Assembly (NCBI GenBank): GCA_951406725.2
Contig: OX597814.1
Coordinates: 130,386,001-130,450,000, forward strand
Reading direction: 5' to 3'
Source: Octopus vulgaris
Lineage: Eukaryota
Length of the DNA: 64,000 nucleotides
In this document: positions 52,728 to 64,000 of the stretch, one piece after another
How the letters are laid out: each line of letters starts with the position of its first letter
How positions within the stretch are numbered: position 1 is the stretch's first letter
Translations under genes and position numbers: made by a program
Notes under the pieces: generated by a model
Told to the model about the DNA's origin: nothing
Databases searched by the model: none
The model's input: the letters and a program-made list of their open reading frames with translations, nothing else

Positions 52728-52736
52728 GTGAATTGC

Positions 52737-53137
52737 GGATCTTTTCGGTTTGAACGGCAGTTTTAACATAATTTCTAGGCAACTAAAAAATTTTAAACTT
52801 CGTATACTGGTAGAATGTGTTTATAAAACATCTTTTTCTCTTGGCTTTATTGAGAAAATGCTATACTTTGTAAGATATTTGTTGTCTTTTTCTTCAATTT
52901 CTGCAATTTCAACCAATCAATGACGTCCATTGAGGTAAATAACATTCTGTGGCGTATGAATATGTCCCTCGTTTAACAAACAGATTGGGTTTATTTACAT
53001 TTGTGAAGAAAAAAAGATACCCTTCCCCTAACCCTAAAACAGATTGAAATGCAATAGATCGATACTAGGGTCATAATTATGGGTTACAATTTCATATGAT
53101 ACCGCTAGAAAAACTGCCGTTCAAACCGAAAAGATCC
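52737..53137. mobile_element. Intact 401-bp MITE, Merlin-like
   Basis: Perfect 28-bp TIR GGATCTTTTCGGTTTGAACGGCAGTTTT; 8-bp TSD TGAATTGC at 52729-52736 and 53138-53145. Confidence 0.9.
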
Positions 53138-53529
53138 TGAATTGCTTTACCAATTTCATACTTTTGCAAACACACAATTCGTTTTTGACTTGTAAGATTC
53201 GAAAATATTTTATAACGAATTATGAGTTTAACATATTTCTAACTACACAGCTTTCAGCAATAAAATACACAGCTTTCAATATTCTGTAAGATTAGAAAAC
53301 GTTCTATAAAAGTCTCAAATAGTGTATAGTCACAAACAACGTAATTGGAGATAGAAGAAAGCTTTCGTATAGCACTTTTTATTTGGAATTATTGCTAATA
53401 CTTTAAAGCTCTTAGACATCATTAAAGCCGAACAAATGCATTGCTTTTGACAATTTCAACAGGTAAAAGTAAATAATTATAACTCTAGTGATAACTGGAT
53501 TTTTTTTTTTCAGCAAACTCTGATACAGA

Positions 53530-54170
53530 CAAAACGCAAGAAGATTGACGCAGAGAGTCGCACTTTTCAAGATATGTGGGTAGAAAATTTTCTTGGTATA
53601 CTCCCTGACAAATTTAGTTGTAAACAAGTTCAGCATCAAACCGCACTATGAGACAAATCATAAAAGATTCGGCGAATTTAGTGAACAAACATGGGAGAAT
53701 GGAGTTCTTAAACTTACACTGCGTTTAGAAAAATAAATGTTAGTATTCGAAAAACAAATGTAAATTAGAAAAAATAAATAAACCATTTGCTAAATATTTG
53801 GTGTCAAATACTGATAAGTGAAAATATCAAACCTTTCTCTAATATGAAATATGTTTTGTGGTCATTGCAGAAAACGTATGTATTGAAAATAAGCTTTTTC
53901 AAACACATCCTCTCGCCAAAAACAGTTGCAATGTGAACTGAAGAAATGTTATCGGATCTGAAAATTAACTTAAAAGACATCTGCAAAATTTTTCAGTTTT
54001 TCTCATTGAAACATAGTGAGTGTATAGACGCTTAAAACGCATATCAGTATGCCGTGTTTGTACTTGGAGTAAACGAAATTTTTAACACTTTTGAGGAGTT
54101 TCTCTAACTGGTACGTACCAAGGGTACTTAAACCACAAGAACAGACATTCTTGAAGCATTGTTCTTGTAT
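53530..54170 (+). pseudogene. hAT (Charlie/Buster/GTF2IRD2-like) transposase relic
   Basis: KKIDAESRTFQDMW, IKPHYETNH, KPFS, EEMLSDLKINLKD and AVFVLGVNE..N.FEEFL across stops and frameshifts. Confidence 0.75.
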
Positions 54171-54504
54171 GCTATAGTTGTTATAACGCCACAAGCTGGC
54201 CCACGGGCAGAATCCTTAGCATGTTGAACTTAATAGTATTTCTTATGGCTCATTGCATTGCGAGTTACTTCTTCGCCGAGATCGACTTTACTTCTCGGGG
54301 TCGATAAAATAAAGTAGCAGTTGAGCACCGGCATCGATGTAATCCATCTGTCACTCCAGTAAAATAACAACACTAGCGCTAAAATTTGAAGGTATATTAG
54401 AACTCCTCGGCAAAGAAAATATATTTCGCCATTATATTATATTTTACTGTCATAGTGGATCGGGTGCTATTTTACCTGATGGAGCCTTACCACATTATTA
54501 TGTA

Positions 54505-54547
<43 letters not shown>

Positions 54548-54630
54548 ATAAAACAATAATGATGTGGAGAATCGAATTTTTTTTCAAATACAAAAGTTTT
54601 ATTTAGCAGTTATTTACAGCATATTCTCCT

Positions 54631-54714
54631 GACTTACACATGTTTCAACTGCAGTGACTTCACACTGTTGGATACGCAACCTTGCTCGATAGCCCGGGCA
54701 TTTTCGTCAGGGTC
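54631..54714 (-). ncRNA. Degenerate type I hammerhead in a Penelope-pLTR-like fragment (about 54560-54732)
   Basis: GACC-CTGACGA-AAATGC...GCAGTT-GAAAC-ATGT-GTA-AGTC, with AATAAA downstream; one mismatch each in stems I and II. Confidence 0.55.
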
Positions 54715-54730
54715 CTTCACTCTAGACCGT

Positions 54731-59518
<4,788 letters not shown>

Positions 59519-59524
<6 letters not shown>

Positions 59525-61688
59525 TCTGTAGAAAAACAAATGTTTCCAGATGAGACGGCCACTGCACAAGAGAAAAATTTTAATGAGACGGCGTACAAAT
59601 TTTAAATCGCCTAAACAAACAAATTGAAAGCAGTGAAAAGTCCCGCCTGAAAATAAAACTGTTGGAAATTGAAAATTGTCTGCAACTCTCCCATGAGAAG
59701 GAAAGAGCAGACAAAGAAGCCTGGGCTATAGACAACATAAAAACTAACCCCAGAGCTTTCTACAGGTATGCCAAAGAAACAGCTACGGTGCACTGTAGGA
59801 TAGGGCCACTCCTTGAAAAGGATGGCACACTCACAGGAAAACCAATGAGGGTAAGTGAAATACTGAATGAACAATTCAAGAGTGTTTTCACTCCACCCCT
59901 TGGGCATTTCCAAATCAGCAATCCAACTGACTTCTTTACCACTGCAGATATAGAATCAGAGGCGGCGACGATAAATTACATCGATATAAAGGAAGATGAT
60001 GTAATAAAGGCTATAGATGAAATGAAAATAGACTCAGCTATTGGCCCCGATGGATTCCCGGCAATCCTCCTAAAAGTATGTAAGAGAGTCTTAGCAAGAC
60101 CACTGCAGTTCCTCTTTCAGAGCTTCCTTGCAGCTGGCAAACTTCCAAGAAAACTGAAGGAAGGTAAAATATGCCCTATTCATAAAGGAGGTAGCAGAGC
60201 GGAGGCCAAGAACTACAGACCTATCTCTCTGACCTCACACATCAGCAAGGTCATGGAACGAATAGTCAGAAGGAAACTAATCACCTTCCTTGAAGAAAAT
60301 GACTTGCTGCCTGACACCCAACATGGTTTCCGACCAGGAAGAAGCTGCTTAACTCAGCTCCTGCAGCACTATGACTGGGTGCTGAAACAACTGCTCAACC
60401 ACTCAAATGTGGAAGTCATATATCTCGACTTCGCAAAGGCCTTCGATAAAGTCGATCACGGAATGTTATGTCACAGGTTGCGTGATCTTGGCATAGTTTG
60501 AAAACTAGGAGAATTGCTTCACGACTTTATGAAGAATAGAAGTCAGGTGGTAGTAGCCAATGGGGCCACTTCCATTAGCACGCAAATAGTGAGTGGTGTT
60601 CCACAGGGCACTGTTTTGGGACCACTACTGTTCATAATGGCCCTCTCAGACATGCCCTCAGCCACGCAGAGAGCCACGATCACAAGTTATGCAGATGATA
60701 CAAAAGTTTCACAGGCAATACAGAACCCTGAGGACACTAAAAACCTGCAATGTGAGCTGGACGAAATACAAGTGGGCTGAAAAGAATAGCATGCAGTTCA
60801 ATGCTGAAAAGTTTCAAGCTTTATACTATCAGCATGCAAAACTGAATGCAATACCCAATGAATACACTGGACCCGGAGGGATTGCAATCCCAGAGGCACA
60901 ATCAGTGCGTGACCTGGGTATTCACATGAGTGATGACGCGACCTTTCATGTACATGTTGCTAAACTGACAGTGAAATGTAGACGGCTGGCTGGCTGGATT
61001 CTTAGAACCTTTAGAACAAGAGAACAGAAACCATGATGGTCCTCTGGAAGACACTTGTCCTAAGCCACTTTGACTATTGCTCTCAGCTATGGTCACCATC
61101 CAGTGTCAAGTTGATCACAGAACTTGAGGCGATCCAACGAAGCTACACAAAGAAGATAGCCTCTATGCAGAATGTAAGCTACTGGGAAAGACTCAAGAGA
61201 TTAAAATTATACTCCCTGGAGCGTAGGCGGGAAAGATATGCCATAATATACATCTGGAAGATCCTGGAGGGAAGTGTCCTGAACTTTGGCATCGAGAGTT
61301 ACACAAATGCCAGAACTGGGCGCCACTGCGTGGTGCCTAGGACTCCAAACCTGCCATCAAGATGTAGGACAAGATTCTGTGATAGCCTGGGCTTCCGAGG
61401 CCCACAGCTCTTCAATATCCTCCCGAAGAACCTGAGAGACCTGCATGGGGTGGATACAGATGTCTTTAAAATGAAGCTGGATCTCTTCCTGTCAGGTGTC
61501 CCAGATGAACCAACTTCACGGCAGGAGGGGCAGATGAGGGCAGCTGCATCGAACTCTCTCATGCACCAAATAGCAGTTGCTAAAAGCCTCCATGAAGTGA
61601 AACCAAGTAGCAACACCAAATGGCGGTGCCCCAGCATGGCCACAGCTCATAGGCTGGAACTGGAATCAATCAATCAATCAATCAATCA
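59519..61688 (+). mobile_element. 5'-truncated LINE, same subfamily as 30671-36270, (ATCA)n tail
   Basis: RT motifs; high identity to the 30.7-32.8 kb segment. Confidence 0.93.
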
Positions 61689-61699
61689 TACATATATAC

Positions 61700-61866
<167 letters not shown>

Positions 61867-61904
61867 CATATATATTTATACATATATATACATATATATA
61901 TATA

Positions 61905-63680
61905 TGATTGATTGATTGATTGATTCTAGTTTCAGCTTATGAGCACTGTGGCCATCTTGGGCACCACCATTTGGTGTTGCTACTTATTTCACTTCATGGA
62001 AGGCTTTCTAGCAACTACTGCTATTTGGTGCATGAGAGAGTTCGATGCAGCTGCCCTATCTGCCCCTCCTACCGTGAAGTTGGTTCATGGGACACCTGAC
62101 AGGAAGAGATCCAGCTTCATTTTAAAGACATCTGTATCCACCCCATGCAGGTCTCTCAGGATGTCTTCGGGAGGATATTGAGGAGCTGTGGGCCTCGGAA
62201 GCCCAGGTTATCACAGTATCTTGTCCTACATCTTGATGGCAGGTTTGGAGTCCTAGGCACCACGCAGTGGCCGCTTAGATTCTGGCATTTGCAGCTCTCG
62301 ATGCCAAAGTAGGTCCTTCCCTCCAGGATCTTCCAGATGTATATTATGGCATATCTTCCACCTACGCTCCAGGGAATATAATTTTAGTCTCTGAGTCTTT
62401 CCCAGTAGCTTACATTCTGCATAGAGGCTATCTTCTTTGTGTAGCTTCGTTGGATCGCCTCAAGTTCTGTGATCAACTTGACACTGGATGGTGACCATAG
62501 CTGGGTATGCAATAGTCAAAGTGGCTTAGGACAAGTGTCTTCCAGAGGACCATCATGGTTTCTTGTTCTCTTGTTCTAAGGTTCTAAGAATCCATCCAGC
62601 CAGCCGTCTACATTTCATTGTCAGTTTAGCAACATGTACATGAAAGGTCGCGTCACTCATGTGTGCCAAGGTCACACACTGATGTGCCTCTGGGATTGCA
62701 ATCCCTCCGGGTCCAGTGTATTCATTGGGTATTGCGATTCAGTTTTGCACTGCTGATAGTAGTAAAAGCTTGAAACTCCGCAAAACGTGAACTGCATGCC
62801 CTTGCTTTTCAGCCCACTTGCTCATTGCAGATTTGTTTAGTGTCCTCAGGGTTCTAGTATTGCCTGTGAAACTTTTGTATCATCAGCATAACTTGTGATC
62901 GTGGCTCTCTGCGTGGCTGAGCATGTCTGAGAGGGCCATTATGACACAGGTAGTGGTCCCAGAACAGTGCCCTGCAGAACACCGCTCACTATTTGTGTGT
63001 TGAATGGGGTGGCCCCATTAACTACTACCACCAGACTATCCTTCAGAAAGTCATGAAGCCATTCTCCCAGTTTTCCAACTATGTTGAGATCACGCAGTTT
63101 GTGACATATCATTCCATGATCACTTTATCAAAGGCCTTTGCAAAGTCGAGATATATCACTTCCACATTTGAGTGGTTGAGCAGCCGTTTCAGCACCCAGT
63201 CATAGTGTTGTAGGAAGCGAGTTAAACAGCTTCTCCCTGGTCAGGAAACCATGTTGGGTGTCAGGCAGCAAGTCATTCTCTTCAAGGAAGGTGATCAGCT
63301 TCCTTCTGACTATTCGTTCCATGACACTTGCTTGTGTGAGGTCAGAGAGATAGGTCTATAGTTCTTGGCTTCCGCTCTGCTACCTCCTTTATGAATGGGG
63401 CATATTTTACCTTCCTTCAGTTTTCCTGGAAGTTTGCCAGCTGCTACAGGAAGCTCTGAAAGAGGAACTGCAGTGGTCTTGCTAGGACTCTGCCACATGC
63501 TTTAGGAGGATTGCAGAATCCATCGGGGCCAGTAGCTGAGTCTGTTTTCATTTCATCTATAGCCTTGGTTACATCGTCTTCATTTATATCGATGTAATCT
63601 ATCGTCGCCGCCTCTGATTTATATCTGCAGTGGTAAAAATCAGTTGGATTGGTATTTGGAGATGCCCAAGGGGTGGAGTG
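61905..63680 (-). mobile_element. 5'-truncated LINE, tail-to-tail with the previous copy, many small indels
   Basis: Reverse complement of about 59890-61688. Confidence 0.92.
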
Positions 63681-63705
63681 TAATATATATATATATATAT
63701 GTATA

Positions 63706-63809
<104 letters not shown>

Positions 63810-63810
63810 C

Positions 63811-64000
<190 letters not shown>

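Overview
Repeat-saturated, gene-free animal DNA. The SINE families and the (TA)n/(CA)n/(GATA)n content look like an octopus genome; this is an inference from recognition, not a search. No cellular protein-coding exon can be supported, and nearly all ORFs in the track are microsatellite artefacts. Mobile DNA present: (i) four large copies plus one 3' fragment of an APE-RT LINE group, with a full-length copy at 30671-36270 (-) whose ORF1 has a Myb/SANT-like domain and a CCCH finger and whose 5'UTR holds a 1.2-kb tandem array; all large copies sit in (TA)n; (ii) L1/Tx1-like remnants; (iii) mariner, hAT and Tigger-like relics and an intact Merlin-like MITE; (iv) three tRNA-derived SINE families. 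The most notable signal is a set of ORF-less hammerhead-ribozyme-bearing repeats (Penelope-pLTR/retrozyme-like). These are a near-canonical type I hammerhead with a long stem II (37649-37752), a U3-A8 core covariant (6344-7084), dimer-type minimal hammerheads, and two diverged copies (5.9 kb, 13.3 kb) of a hammerhead whose core strands are in non-circularly permuted, pseudoknotted order with compensatory base changes. A shared double-hairpin 3' signal links the LINEs to the commonest SINE. All structures were folded by eye and none has been tested.
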